Positions 9,812 through 20,167 are shown, counted from the first letter of the stretch. The stretch is DNA of 64,000 nt from Candidatus Binatia bacterium (GCA_963664395.2 OY761159.2:3808001-3872000); one strand, 5' to 3'. The notes: a model not told the origin generated them from the sequence alone. Numbers and translations are program-made.

Positions 9812-10611
9812 ATGAGCGAGAGCTACAACATTGCCGAATACAGAGAAGAGATTGATGCGCTGCACTGAAAGCTAAAACTGGTCGGTTAGGAGATGTTTTT
9901 AGGGCAAGGTGACGATTCGCCGGGGAGATAGCAAGAGCGCTAGGTGTAGACACCTCGGGCTTTGTCTCCAACTACCGCAGGCATATTGCTGCGATTCAAG
10001 AGGGTAAGATACCGACCGCAATCATTACGGCGCTAGAAACGGCGAGGGCGGTGAGAGGATTCCTGAAAAAACACAAGGAGTTGCCGGAAAAAGCCCGGAT
10101 TGAACTTGAGAGGATTGCGGAGGAGTGCGACAGGCAGGCGCAAAACGAGGCCCTTGCGGAAAAGGAAGAAATCGAAAACAAGAAACGGAGCGAAGAACTA
10201 CTAAAACGGCCCGGCATATATGTGTATTCCTACCCTCACTACCGGAACCATCCACATATCCCGGACGAAGATGGCGTGACTGATGAAAGAATGATGATGA
10301 AGGTCGGCATGTCAGGGGTTGGTGCAAAGGAGCGGATATTTGGCCAGACAGCGGCCATGCCCGAAGAGCCAGTAATTTGTATCTGTTCACGGGAGTTGAG
10401 AAGGTAGAGTTTGCGGACAAGGAAGACGTTAGGCTTGGAGAAGTCGAAAAGCAGATTCATGACCATTTGGAGGCCATCGGACATAGGAGAAGGCGTGATG
10501 CTGGCGGGGGGAACGAGTGGTTTCTTACGAACATGGAAACCATAGCATCAACGGCGAGGTCTGCTTGATCTGGACATTACCTACGAATACAATCCCGGCG
10601 ACGACACTTAG
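9812..10611 (+). pseudogene. Disrupted T5orf172/GIY-YIG-like nuclease gene
   Basis: Stitched frames give GIYVYSY, MKVGMS, ERI..QT.AMPE, EKQIHDHL and GGNEWF; ATG 9812 after GAGGAG; lesions near 9860, 9910, 10377 and 10560. Confidence 0.7.
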
Positions 10612-10639
10612 GTTGCCGATTTCGCCAAGGTTCTACCCA

Positions 10640-10674
10640 CCCTCACCTCAGCCCTCTCCCAGGGGGAGAGGGAG
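10640..10674 (+). repeat. CCCTCTCCC/GGGAGAGGG extragenic palindrome
   Basis: CCCTCACCTCAGCCCTCTCCC-AGG-GGGAGAGGG between convergent genes; resembles a widespread REP-like family. Confidence 0.7.
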
Positions 10675-10705
10675 CAGAGCGGGGCGGTTCGCGTACCTTC
10701 CTTGT

Positions 10706-12238
10706 TTACGCTTGCGGCGGGCTGGGCGCGGCAAATACGTTTTTCTCGAACGCGTCTGCGGCGCGTAAGACGGTGGCGTCGTCCCCGTGCCGGCCAATCA
10801 GCATCATCCCAACCGGTAAGCCTTCCGAGACCGCGCAAGGGAGGGTAAGCGCGGGGTGGCCGGTCACATCAAACGGGCAGGTGTTGTGCAGCATTTCGAG
10901 CGCCCGATCGACATACTCTTCGCGGCTGGCGTCAGGTCCGGGAATTTCAGTTGCTTTCATTGGCAGGGTGGGCATGACTAGCAAGTCGTGGTCTTGCAGG
11001 GCTGTGTCGTAGGCTGCTTTGAGGGAACGCGCTATATTTTGGGCCTTGGCATAATAACGGCCATGATAGTTTTCCTGCATATAACGCCCGAGCAGGATGA
11101 CCAGTTTGACGGTTTCCGATAGGTCGTTCGGGCGTGTGAGCCGCCCGCGTGCCGCGGCATCAAGCAGGCTGGTTGTATAATGGCCCTTCCAATTCGTCCC
11201 CATGCCACCGCCTTCGACCATCAGCAGGGTCGGGCCTTCGGTGGCAATGCTGTTCCAGACATGCCGGCCATCGCGGTGCCAGGGCAACGACACGGTTTTG
11301 ACTGACGCGCCAAGTTGCTCAAATGCCTGCGCAGCTTCCCTGACACTGTCGTCTACGTCCGGTTCTGATACGTCCCAGCCAAAGCCTTCTTCTATCACGC
11401 CAATCCGCAGCCCGCTGATATCTCCGGTGAGTGCCTGGGTGTAGGCTTGGCCCTGGAGCCCTGCTTGCTGACGCGGGTCCAGGCCGTCCGGGCCGGCCAA
11501 CACCTCAAGCAGCAGGGCCGCATCATGTACGCTACGCGTCATCGGACCGGTATGATCGAGGGTGATTTCAATCGGCATGATGCCGGTATACGGAACCAGT
11601 CCGTAGGTTGGTTTATGGCCGTAGATGCCACACCACGAGGCGGGCATGCGGATCGAGCCCCCTTGGTCTCCGCCGATCGCCATGTCCACCACACCGGCGG
11701 CTACCAGTGCACCGCTGCCGCACGAAGAGCCTCCAGTTGTTCGGCTATGATTGTGTGGGTTGAGCACCGGCCCGGTGGCATTGGTGTGACTGCCGCCGGA
11801 GAAGCACAAATTCTCACACACCGCCTTGCCCATAATATGTCCGCCGGCATCAAGAATACGCGTCACAATGGTTGCATCGATTTCCGGGGTGTAGCCTTCG
11901 AGAATGCTACTGCCGTTCATCATGGGAACACCGGCGACACAGACGTTGTCCTTGATGGCGAGGGTTTTCCCGACCAGCGGTCCTGATGGCGCGCCCTTGA
12001 TGTCCGTCCGCCAGTACCAGGCCCTTAACGGATTGTCTTCAGGCTGCGGCCGATAGCCCGGCGTCCGAGGATAGGAGACCGGTAGGCTCGGCTCTGTGAG
12101 TTCATCCAATCGGGCGTAGGATGCCAGTACTCCACGCATCAGCCCCTGAAACGACTCCAAGTCTTCATCCGTCAGTTCCAAGCCGTAGCCTGTTGCAATA
12201 TCGGCGAGGTTATCAATGGTCGGGCGTTTGACTGCCAT
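10706..12238 (-). CDS. Amidase (amidase signature family)
   Basis: AIKDN, GGSSCGS and GGDQGGSIRMPASWCG motifs. Confidence 0.95.
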   Translation of the reverse strand: MAVKRPTIDNLADIATGYGLELTDEDLESFQGLMRGVLASYARLDELTEPSLPVSYPRTPGYRPQPEDNPLRAWYWRTDIKGAPSGPLVGKTLAIKDNVCVAGVPMMNGSSILEGYTPEIDATIVTRILDAGGHIMGKAVCENLCFSGGSHTNATGPVLNPHNHSRTTGGSSCGSGALVAAGVVDMAIGGDQGGSIRMPASWCGIYGHKPTYGLVPYTGIMPIEITLDHTGPMTRSVHDAALLLEVLAGPDGLDPRQQAGLQGQAYTQALTGDISGLRIGVIEEGFGWDVSEPDVDDSVREAAQAFEQLGASVKTVSLPWHRDGRHVWNSIATEGPTLLMVEGGGMGTNWKGHYTTSLLDAAARGRLTRPNDLSETVKLVILLGRYMQENYHGRYYAKAQNIARSLKAAYDTALQDHDLLVMPTLPMKATEIPGPDASREEYVDRALEMLHNTCPFDVTGHPALTLPCAVSEGLPVGMMLIGRHGDDATVLRAADAFEKNVFAAPSPPQA

Positions 12239-12449
12239 AGTGTTAGCCTCCTTGTCACCGGGTCGGTTGTGCTGTCGTCCTACGTAGCACAGGGACTGTT
12301 GCTTGGAGAAGGGCGGCAGCCGGAAGAAGGGTGGAGGCCGTTGCGTCCGTGACTCGTTGCAGCGGTGTTCTCGTCAGGGCCATGCATGATAGATACATCT
12401 GGATACGGGGGAGGAAACACACGTTCCGAACGACTCCGGGCCTAAGCGC

Positions 12450-12908
12450 ATGGCGACCTTTCTTATTGATATCGGCGACCGAGTGACGCTACGCGAACAA
12501 TCCATTCTGGATTTAGGCGGAGGGTTTCGGGTTGAAGGGCCGGACGCGGGCGAGGTGATTGATATCTCGGTTGGCATGGACGTGGTTGCCATTGAATGGA
12601 AGCGAGCACAGTTCCGTGGCTGGTATGATGTCGAAACGCTGTCTCGCGTGGTCAGCGTTGATACCTTCAAAGGAGCATCGCCGTGCCTCTCTCAGGCTGA
12701 GATGCTACGCTTTGCCTCAATTCAGGATTTACTTATACGGCTTGGATTTGAGGAAGATCAAGAGCATGCCTGCTTACGGCATCCGCGGCATAGCCACGTG
12801 GTTGGATTTGGCGCCATTATGGGTCAATCAATGCTCACCTTTGTCTCCAAAGGGCTCCGGGACGGCTGGCTGCGTACCTACCTGCAAGAATCCCCTCCAC
12901 CCTCTTAA
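12450..12908 (+). CDS. Hypothetical protein
   Basis: 152-aa ORF with globular-like composition; no recognised motif. Confidence 0.55.
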   Translation: MATFLIDIGDRVTLREQSILDLGGGFRVEGPDAGEVIDISVGMDVVAIEWKRAQFRGWYDVETLSRVVSVDTFKGASPCLSQAEMLRFASIQDLLIRLGFEEDQEHACLRHPRHSHVVGFGAIMGQSMLTFVSKGLRDGWLRTYLQESPPPS

Positions 12909-13021
12909 TGACGCTTCTCTTCGCGTGCGTCCGCCCAATCCGAAAGAGATGGTTCACTCCTTACAGGGAAAGGCTTGAGGGTCTATCCATTCTTCCATTG
13001 CCTGCTCGCCCCGTGTTTCTG

Positions 13022-13162
13022 CTACGTCTTACCTTTCGCCACGGGCTGCAGGGAATGGCTGTGGCGGTCTTGCTTCGACCTCACCTCGGCCGCGCTTCTC
13101 GCCTTGGCGGTATTCTTCTGCTTCTGGCCACGTTGTTTTGACTTCGGTGACTTGTCGCCCAT
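13022..13162 (-). CDS. Small basic protein (46 aa)
   Basis: Manual translation MGDKSPKSKQRGQKQKNTAKARSAAEVRSKQDRHSHSLQPVAKGKT; GGGGG RBS-like run; 48 nt downstream of hflC. Confidence 0.6.
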   Translation of the reverse strand: MGDKSPKSKQRGQKQKNTAKARSAAEVRSKQDRHSHSLQPVAKGKT

Positions 13163-13210
13163 TAATGCCCCCGTTCGATTTCCTGTGTTGCGATTTCTTG
13201 TGTTGATTAT

Positions 13211-14080
13211 CTATTGGCTACTCCCTCGTGCCGTGCCCGGACTTTGCAAGTATTCCAGCAGCTCTGAGTTGGAATTGAGGACTAAGGTTGTATCGCTACT
13301 CAGGATCTTCTCATACGCCTGGAGCCGACGGGTGAAGGCGTAGAATTCTGCATCTTTGCCAAAAGCGTTAGCATAAATACTGGTCGCCTCAGCATCGCCT
13401 CCCCCTTTGAGTTTTTCACTCGTCTCATACGCCGTGGCAAGGATCACTTCCCGTTCCCGGTCCGCTACCGCTCGCAGCTGTTGAGCTTGCTCTTCCCCCT
13501 CCGCCCGGTATCGCTTGGCAATGCGTTCCCGCTCCGCCCGCATCCTGGCGAACACGCTGGCCTGCACTTCGTCGGGCAGGTCGAGTCGCTTGATGCGAAC
13601 ATCGGTTACCTCAATCCCAAAGGTCTTGGCCGTCTCACGCGTAGCCTTGGTCACGGTTGCCATAATCTCTTCACGATTCTCGCGAATCAGATCGAGGAAA
13701 TCGTGCGTCGCTATTTCTTGCCGAAATCGGGCGGCAATCATGTCATCCAAGCGCGCCACTGCTCGTATTTGATCTCGTACGCTGCGATAGTATTGGAGGG
13801 GGTCTTGAATACGCCAGCGTGAGACATGATCGACGAGGACGCGTTTCTTATCAAGCGTAATGTATTCGGCCGCACGCGCATCGGTTGTGAGCACGCGCTT
13901 CTCAAAGCGCACCAGATTCTGGATACCGGGCAGCTTAAAATAGAGTCCCGGCTCTTGGATGATACGTTTGGGATTGCCAAACTGGACAACCATGCCTTGC
14001 TCCCACTCGCCAATGGTGAAGACGGTCTGCGTAGCAACAACGACAAAGACTAATCCCAATCCAACCAGTAATCGTGTCAT
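13211..14080 (-). CDS. hflC: Protease modulator HflC (SPFH family)
   Basis: PGLYFKLP, DVRIKRLDLP, RMRAERERIAKRYRAEGEE and FYAFTRRLQAY motifs. Confidence 0.92.
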   Translation of the reverse strand: MTRLLVGLGLVFVVVATQTVFTIGEWEQGMVVQFGNPKRIIQEPGLYFKLPGIQNLVRFEKRVLTTDARAAEYITLDKKRVLVDHVSRWRIQDPLQYYRSVRDQIRAVARLDDMIAARFRQEIATHDFLDLIRENREEIMATVTKATRETAKTFGIEVTDVRIKRLDLPDEVQASVFARMRAERERIAKRYRAEGEEQAQQLRAVADREREVILATAYETSEKLKGGGDAEATSIYANAFGKDAEFYAFTRRLQAYEKILSSDTTLVLNSNSELLEYLQSPGTARGSSQ

Positions 14081-14184
14081 CCTCTATCTCCATCTGATGG
14101 GCTGCCCCCTCTAGGGATTACTCCCAATGCTCAGGAAGCCGGCGCGTTCTTTCAACAAGAGATTCGTTTCGGACAGGTAAGTGA

Positions 14185-14344
14185 CGGACCTCCGCGTTGG
14201 GGGGGACGACCCCTCCACGCGGTGAGGCGTCATAAACCGGTCAACGATGGAGGACAGCGACTTAGTGCGGTGGATAAAGCGTTAAGCGGAGATCGCCCAA
14301 GGTTGGCTCATTCACCCTCCTCCTGTGTTGGAGTGCTGTCAAGG
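14185..14344 (-). promoter_or_regulatory. Repeated promoter-leader cassette, copy 1 (upstream of hflC)
   Basis: TTGACA (14342-14337), N17, GAGGGT, then blocks shared with copies 2 and 3. Confidence 0.8.
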
Positions 14345-14654
14345 GGAGAGTCGACGGACGTTGACGGATACGGTTTCTATCAGATGCCGGTAGTCTTTCT
14401 TTCTCCTAGCAATGGGAGGAATGGATTTATGACCTTCCGAAAAGTCCGGCAAGGGACAGGGCGTCGAAGGGCCGTCCAGAGGAAGGTCCAATTCTTCGGG
14501 TGGAGTAGGGAGGAGACAGCAGGCGGGTTTGACCCTGCCTCACAAAGTGAGACAGGGGGACTCTTATTTAATCATCGTCCTCGTCGCCATCCATCTCTTC
14601 AAAAGCGACAAGTATACTCTTACGGAAGCGGTTGGACAGCTCCGCTTACCTGCA

Positions 14655-14957
14655 CTACCAACGCCGCTCGCGACCGCCACCGGATGAGCGATTCCCTCCT
14701 GAGCGTGGCTCGCGAGGTTTTGCCTCGTTGACCTTCAAGGCTCGGCCTTGGAGCTCATAGCCATCGAACTGCTCGATGGCCGCTTGGGCTTCGCTTGCGC
14801 TCCCCATCTCGATAAACCCAAACCCACGCGAGCGACCAGTGTCTCTATCCATAATGATATTGGCGGACGTGACGGTCCCGGCCTGACCGAACAATGTCTC
14901 GAGGTCAGGAGTCGTCGTCTCAAAGGAGAGATTACCGATATACAAATTCGTTGCCAT
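14655..14957 (-). CDS. RNA-binding protein, single RRM with Gly/Arg tail
   Basis: RNP2 LYIGNL and RNP1 RGFGFIEM; GGAGG RBS. Confidence 0.95.
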   Translation of the reverse strand: MATNLYIGNLSFETTTPDLETLFGQAGTVTSANIIMDRDTGRSRGFGFIEMGSASEAQAAIEQFDGYELQGRALKVNEAKPREPRSGGNRSSGGGRERRW

Positions 14958-15284
14958 ACAAACCTCCATGCGAATATGAAAAGGCCCCAAGAACCACGAG
15001 TGCAGTTCCAGGGGCCTTGGCAATCTCGAACTAAACTCAGCGAACAAACAAAGTCAACTATACGTTTGTGATTAGCAGACTCTTAGTCTGGACACAAGCC
15101 ACGCAGGAGACTGGCTCAGCCATGACAATCCGGTCCACGCTGGCGTCCTGATTGGTAGCAGCCCCTCGGGCCGGTCAAAGTGACTCATCTTCGTCCTTGA
15201 GGGATTTACGATAAGGTTGGGGACAATGCTTGCCAGCGTTTCCTTTTCTCCATGCAGCCTCGACGTGACAGTGTGTGTTCTTGC

Positions 15285-15905
15285 TTAGACGACCCAGGCG
15301 AACGAGGTTGCCTCAGCAGGCAGAGGTTGCTCCTCTCGTCTCGTTCCTACAGGAAACGTGGACGAAGTAGGCTGGGCGTATCCACGCGGCAGGCCGGTAC
15401 GGATAAAATCCGGATCAAGATCGAGATACGAGCAGATACTCTCAAAGGCGTATAAGTGGTCCGTATCCCGTGCCCAAATCCACTCTTGGACCTCGCCGAA
15501 CAACCGTTGCCCCCGCCGCGTGTGGGCCTGGCAATATCTGTGGTAGGTATGGATCGCTTCCTTGAGGACTGCCAGTAACAGGCGTCGCTCTCCGGTCCAC
15601 ACCGCCAGCGATTCCCGAGCCGGGAGAGCAAACTGGTCTGGTGTTAAGATGTCCTGCTCCCATGGGGAGCGCTTCAAGCTCCTCGCACTTGGAGAACCCG
15701 TGGAACCTTGGCCAGAGGGTGGACTAGAGACAGACGTGCTGTTTGGGACGAGTTTGATTGTATCGGTAGCCGCGGCAATAGTCGGCTCCTCGTCGATGTC
15801 GTATCCCTGCGGCGGCTTTCCTTCGTTGCCGTCCACGTATGGAGGAATAGTGGAGCCGAGTTCTTTCAGTAATATATCCACTTTGGGCAGAGAGTCTTCT
15901 GACAC
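15285..15905 (-). CDS. Hypothetical protein, possible helical DNA-binding C-terminal domain
   Basis: GTG start after AAGGAG; P/S-rich N-half, then GERRLLLAVLKEAI...EVQEWI...FESICSYLDLDPDFIRTGL. Confidence 0.75.
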   Translation of the reverse strand: MSEDSLPKVDILLKELGSTIPPYVDGNEGKPPQGYDIDEEPTIAAATDTIKLVPNSTSVSSPPSGQGSTGSPSARSLKRSPWEQDILTPDQFALPARESLAVWTGERRLLLAVLKEAIHTYHRYCQAHTRRGQRLFGEVQEWIWARDTDHLYAFESICSYLDLDPDFIRTGLPRGYAQPTSSTFPVGTRREEQPLPAEATSFAWVV

Positions 15906-16066
15906 AACCGGAGCTCCTTGTCGAGGAAAGGGACACCTCCACACGGTGAGACGTTATAAACCGGTCAACAATGGAGGATGGCTGCTTAGTGAGAAGGAAG
16001 AAAATAAGCGTAAATCGCCCATAATTGGCCCGCTCACTCTCCTCCTATGCCGGAGTGGTGTCAAGG
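15906..16066 (-). promoter_or_regulatory. Repeated promoter-leader cassette, copy 2
   Basis: TTGACA (16064-16059), N17, GAGAGT, then a conserved leader ending at the GTG start at 15905. Confidence 0.8.
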
Positions 16067-16148
16067 GTAGGGCTGGCGAAGGCTGACGGATAGGAACCGG
16101 TTAAGAGACCGGGGCTATGCCAGCAGCATAAGGTGAAACCGTAACTTT

Positions 16149-16187
16149 CAGTGGCACCCAACAGTGGCACCCAACAGTGGCACCCAA
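16149..16187. repeat. Tandem repeat, 13 bp x3
   Basis: CAGTGGCACCCAA, three perfect copies. Confidence 0.95.
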
Positions 16188-16347
16188 GGAGGGAAAAACT
16201 ATGCGAGAGGAGGGCTGAACCATTTCAGCAAGGGAAATGTAATTGAGCGGAACACGGCCCGCTCGGTCAATCTTCTTCGCCATGCTGGCCCTGAGTGCAA
16301 GGCTGCCCATTGTCGTGAAAATACGACTCTGTGGTGCAATTCATTCG

Positions 16348-18309
16348 TTACTCCCCTAGAGCATGAAATTTCTCTACATAGAGCAGGACTGCCCAAACAA
16401 ATGCCGAGTGACTCCAGGTGAGCGGGGATACTGAAAGGGTATCCCCTTTTATGGGATGTACCTGCTCGGCCAGTACCCCTGAAGGAAGCGCATTCTTCGC
16501 GCACCATTCAAGGTACGGGAGCGCTTCGTGCAGTTGCTGAAGATTCTCTGTCCGCATGATTTCATATTCTCCTAACCAGAGCGTCGAGATAAACCAGGGA
16601 TTACCGGGAACATCCTGCGGAACGTCATGCGCCCGTTGATACTGGTTATTCTGATAGCGCGCGACCCCCCCGATTGGAGTATGCGACAAGAGATTGCGCC
16701 GGATGGCCTCGACCGTCTTAACGACCCGGGCATCCCTCGGAGGTAACACGCCGAAAGTCACCAGTCCGAGCAGGCTGACGTCAATGACTTCGTCAAGTAC
16801 ATAGCCGTTCGCAGTGCGGTACCCCGAGCGGGCATATCTTTGATACTCGGCATGGTACAGATGCTCGACAATGCCCTCCGTCATGTGATCGGCTACAGCG
16901 TTATACGCCTCCGCGCGGGACGAATCCTGAAACACGCTTGCAAAATGTGCTGCCCCGCGGAGGCCACTGATGACCGCCGCGACGGTATACGTGTGGACGC
17001 CGTACCGCTCTTCCCACAGGTCGTAGGAAGGCGTAGGCAAAAGAGTCTCCGCATCTCGATACGCAACCAGAAAATCTGCACATTTGAGAATAAATGTCTC
17101 GTACAGGGGACGGATGAACTCAATATCCTTTGAGCACTCGTAGTGAATCCAGAGGGCCCACAACAGCAATGCCGTCGAGTCTTCCTGGATGGGTAAAACC
17201 TCTTTGCCATCTAACACCCACGCATGCCAATTGCTGGCCAGCGACCCGTCCGGGTTATAGTGTTGAAAGAGATAGCCGCCTTCTGCAAGCGCCCGGCTAC
17301 AAAAGTTGAAGAATTGCCTACACAGCTCGGCATAGCCGGCCTTCTCCAGCGCGGCCGCGACAAAGGCGCCATCGCGGCCCCACATATAGGAATACGTGTC
17401 TCCGCCAAACCGCACGATGTCCGAATCATTGGCCGCGATAATGGCGCCCCGGTTGTCGATCTGAGAGCGTAAGACGAGCAGGCTGCGGTTGAAGATATGG
17501 GTAACGGTCGGTGGCAAGTCTCCAAAAGGGCGCGCTTCTTTTTGGACCCAGGCCCGCCAGTAGTTTGACGTTCGCTCAATCAGTGCTGGCGGTGTGTGTT
17601 CGACAACACGCCTATTGAGATCTGCCACTTCGTCGTAGTGCGTGCCGGCGGCCAGCCAGTAAAATGCGCTGCCGTTTCCCCCCGGAGGGAGTGCTAACTG
17701 TGCCCCAACAGTAGACTCGGCATATCCCCAAGCAATCGGACTCCCGACGAGTTCGCCATCTTCCGCGTCTTTCCAGGAAGAGGGCCTTCCTGCCGCGTCC
17801 TTCACGCCGCAGGAGAAATAATCGGCTACTTTACTTACCGCTGTACAACAATTGGCGAGGAAATAGCGGTTGAGCTTGTAGTGGATAATGGACTCGGTCC
17901 GCGGATCAAAATACGCTGTATCACCGATCTCGTGACCATACAGGTGAAAGTCATGGCTAAAAAAAAGCCGGACGTCTCGAGCGCGCTCCGCCAAATCTAT
18001 GACCTGGATATGCTTGACATACACATTCAGCTGGAAATCAACAGCATCCTGACAGCGTAGCGCTAAGCCTAACCTCTCGTGTTTCAGAAAGGTCTCGGTT
18101 ACGAGGCTATCATCTCGATACCGGAGGTCTTTTTCCCACTCCGGTCCCATCCAGGCGAAGCAACCATCTACCCAAATGCCGAATCGAAACTCATGGCCCT
18201 GCGTATGATTCTCTTGCCCTATCCAGGGAAAGTAGATGTCACGGATGCGGTAATCCAGGTCAAAATTGACCAGAAGATTTCCGTTGCTGACCGGAATGTC
18301 TCTGGGCAT
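16348..18309 (-). CDS. Glycoside hydrolase family 15 (glucoamylase/trehalase-like)
   Basis: GAIIAA, YSYMWGRDG, YDLWEE, LAEQV and PLTWSH motifs; start MPRDIPVSNG. Confidence 0.92.
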   Translation of the reverse strand: MPRDIPVSNGNLLVNFDLDYRIRDIYFPWIGQENHTQGHEFRFGIWVDGCFAWMGPEWEKDLRYRDDSLVTETFLKHERLGLALRCQDAVDFQLNVYVKHIQVIDLAERARDVRLFFSHDFHLYGHEIGDTAYFDPRTESIIHYKLNRYFLANCCTAVSKVADYFSCGVKDAAGRPSSWKDAEDGELVGSPIAWGYAESTVGAQLALPPGGNGSAFYWLAAGTHYDEVADLNRRVVEHTPPALIERTSNYWRAWVQKEARPFGDLPPTVTHIFNRSLLVLRSQIDNRGAIIAANDSDIVRFGGDTYSYMWGRDGAFVAAALEKAGYAELCRQFFNFCSRALAEGGYLFQHYNPDGSLASNWHAWVLDGKEVLPIQEDSTALLLWALWIHYECSKDIEFIRPLYETFILKCADFLVAYRDAETLLPTPSYDLWEERYGVHTYTVAAVISGLRGAAHFASVFQDSSRAEAYNAVADHMTEGIVEHLYHAEYQRYARSGYRTANGYVLDEVIDVSLLGLVTFGVLPPRDARVVKTVEAIRRNLLSHTPIGGVARYQNNQYQRAHDVPQDVPGNPWFISTLWLGEYEIMRTENLQQLHEALPYLEWCAKNALPSGVLAEQVHPIKGDTLSVSPLTWSHSAFVWAVLLYVEKFHALGE

Positions 18310-18316
18310 GACTTCC

Positions 18317-19555
18317 TTACGGGGTGAGGTGCCACTGACGGAGTGGCACATTGAGTGCCAAGGGCTGTCCGACCGAGCTAAACACGGGTCTGGGGGCGAG
18401 TTGCTCATACAAGGCGGCGTACCCCTCGGCCATTCTTTGAATGGAAAAATATGTTTTGACGTGCCTCCGACAATTCCAACGATTAATCTGTTCGATGCGT
18501 CCGACCGCCTGCACCATAGCCTCGACTGAATCCACGACAAACCCGGTCTCTCCATGTTTCACGATCTCAGGAACAGAGCCTTCGCCGAACGCCAGGACGG
18601 GGGTGCCAGACGCCATTGATTCAATCAAGACGAGCCCAAAAGGCTCACCCCAGCGGATCGGGAATAGGGTTGCCTGTGCGTGCCGATACCAGTGCTTCGT
18701 CGCCGCAGTGTCGAGTTCTCCAATATAGATAATCTGTTTGTCAGAGGACAGGAGCGGCTTCATCACCCTGTCGTAATAGTCGCCATTTACAGGCTGTTGG
18801 CCAACGTCAACAGTAAGATCAATCGAGTGCTGCAAACGCGTAAAAAAGGCCCTGTCTTCTTTCTTGTTCTGGACGCAGCCGGCAAGGATCAGCTTTGCTC
18901 CAGACTGTTTCGCCACTGCTATGGCGAGATCCTGTCCCTTGACCTCGGCGATCCGTCCAATGCTGAAAAGATAATTCCCCCTATTCGATTCTTTTTTGAA
19001 TAAATAGTCTTCCACGTCTATCCCGTGCGGGACGGTTTTCGTCACCGGCAGCAGGCCAGTATACTGCCGTCTCTGATAATCGCTTATCGCAACGCAATGC
19101 AGCAAAGGGCGCGGCAATGGACCGGGGTGCTGCTCATGGAACTCAGGGACACCGCTGTACTGACCGGGTACGTGCAGAGTCATCACGATGGGCACGGGCG
19201 AATGAAAGCTGCCCGTGTACACGCGATTAAACCATTCGTGCATATGTATGATGTCGATGTCACCCATCTGCGCGCGCGCCAACGCCTGTGAGAGATGGCG
19301 ATCAACCAGAGCCTGTCCCTCCGGGGTATCTACGTGGCAATAGTTGCCAAGGCTGTGCGCAACGGTCTCGTACTTTTCACCGGTCACTGTAGACTCTGCA
19401 GAGCACGCCACGATTGACCGGTGTCCAAGGGCATGAAGACCTTTATCAATATTGTAAATGACTGCTTCTATAGGGCCATAACCGCTCTGGGACGTAATCG
19501 GCTTACTGAGGGTCGCCACGTGCAGAATAGTGAACCGTTTCGATGCTGCGGGCAT
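18317..19555 (-). CDS. Glycosyltransferase family 4
   Basis: GRIAEVKG and EPFGLVLIESMASGTPV motifs; 7 nt upstream of the GH15 gene. Confidence 0.92.
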   Translation of the reverse strand: MPAASKRFTILHVATLSKPITSQSGYGPIEAVIYNIDKGLHALGHRSIVACSAESTVTGEKYETVAHSLGNYCHVDTPEGQALVDRHLSQALARAQMGDIDIIHMHEWFNRVYTGSFHSPVPIVMTLHVPGQYSGVPEFHEQHPGPLPRPLLHCVAISDYQRRQYTGLLPVTKTVPHGIDVEDYLFKKESNRGNYLFSIGRIAEVKGQDLAIAVAKQSGAKLILAGCVQNKKEDRAFFTRLQHSIDLTVDVGQQPVNGDYYDRVMKPLLSSDKQIIYIGELDTAATKHWYRHAQATLFPIRWGEPFGLVLIESMASGTPVLAFGEGSVPEIVKHGETGFVVDSVEAMVQAVGRIEQINRWNCRRHVKTYFSIQRMAEGYAALYEQLAPRPVFSSVGQPLALNVPLRQWHLTP

Positions 19556-19879
19556 ACTTTTGCTATCCTCCTACCGCTCGATATGAGCGCGTCGTTGTCA
19601 GGGGTTTCCGCTTCAGTTCTGGCACGCACGACGAGAAGGGGCTGGTCGCTTTGCGCCACTATCCCTGTGGGTCCGCCCATACGGGAATGTCATTGCTCTC
19701 CCCGCGGAGAGGGTTCCAATGGGGTTGTCGACTCTGGGGTTGTCGACTCTGGTGTTCTCGCCACCCGGTCTGTTATGACCGTCTCCGGCGGTGAACGGTT
19801 TAGGACAAGAGCGGAACACCCGGGTTGGGGCGCAGCGTAAGACATATTTTTACGCTGCACGTCGTTTGTCTTAGTGTGG

Positions 19880-20167
19880 TCAGAATGAGAGGGTTCCCGT
19901 CGGGAGCGGGGAGTACAAGCTGAGCTCACTCCGTGTCACGTTCACGAGCGCCACAAGGAGTAACCATCCCCACCGCTGGCCTGAAGCGCCATCGCGGTCC
20001 AGTGGTCCTGCTCCGTCAGCGAGCAGCTCAACTGTGGCGAGAGCCTGACGTAACCGGAGACCGGCTGTTTGTATAACGGTTTTGTCATTTCTCGACCCGC
20101 GCGCCTGACGGAACCGGTCGAGTTCTTCACGGAGAGAAACCACTCGGGACAGAAAATCTTCTGTCAT
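19880..20167 (-). CDS. Hypothetical protein
   Basis: 95-aa ORF from ATG 20167 with AGGTGG upstream; no known motif. Confidence 0.4.
   Translation of the reverse strand: MTEDFLSRVVSLREELDRFRQARGSRNDKTVIQTAGLRLRQALATVELLADGAGPLDRDGASGQRWGWLLLVALVNVTRSELSLYSPLPTGTLSF

Noticed and set aside
9910-9912. Selenocysteine or other recoding of the in-frame TGA
   Set aside because: The same gene has several other indels, and the position is not a Cys-like catalytic site.
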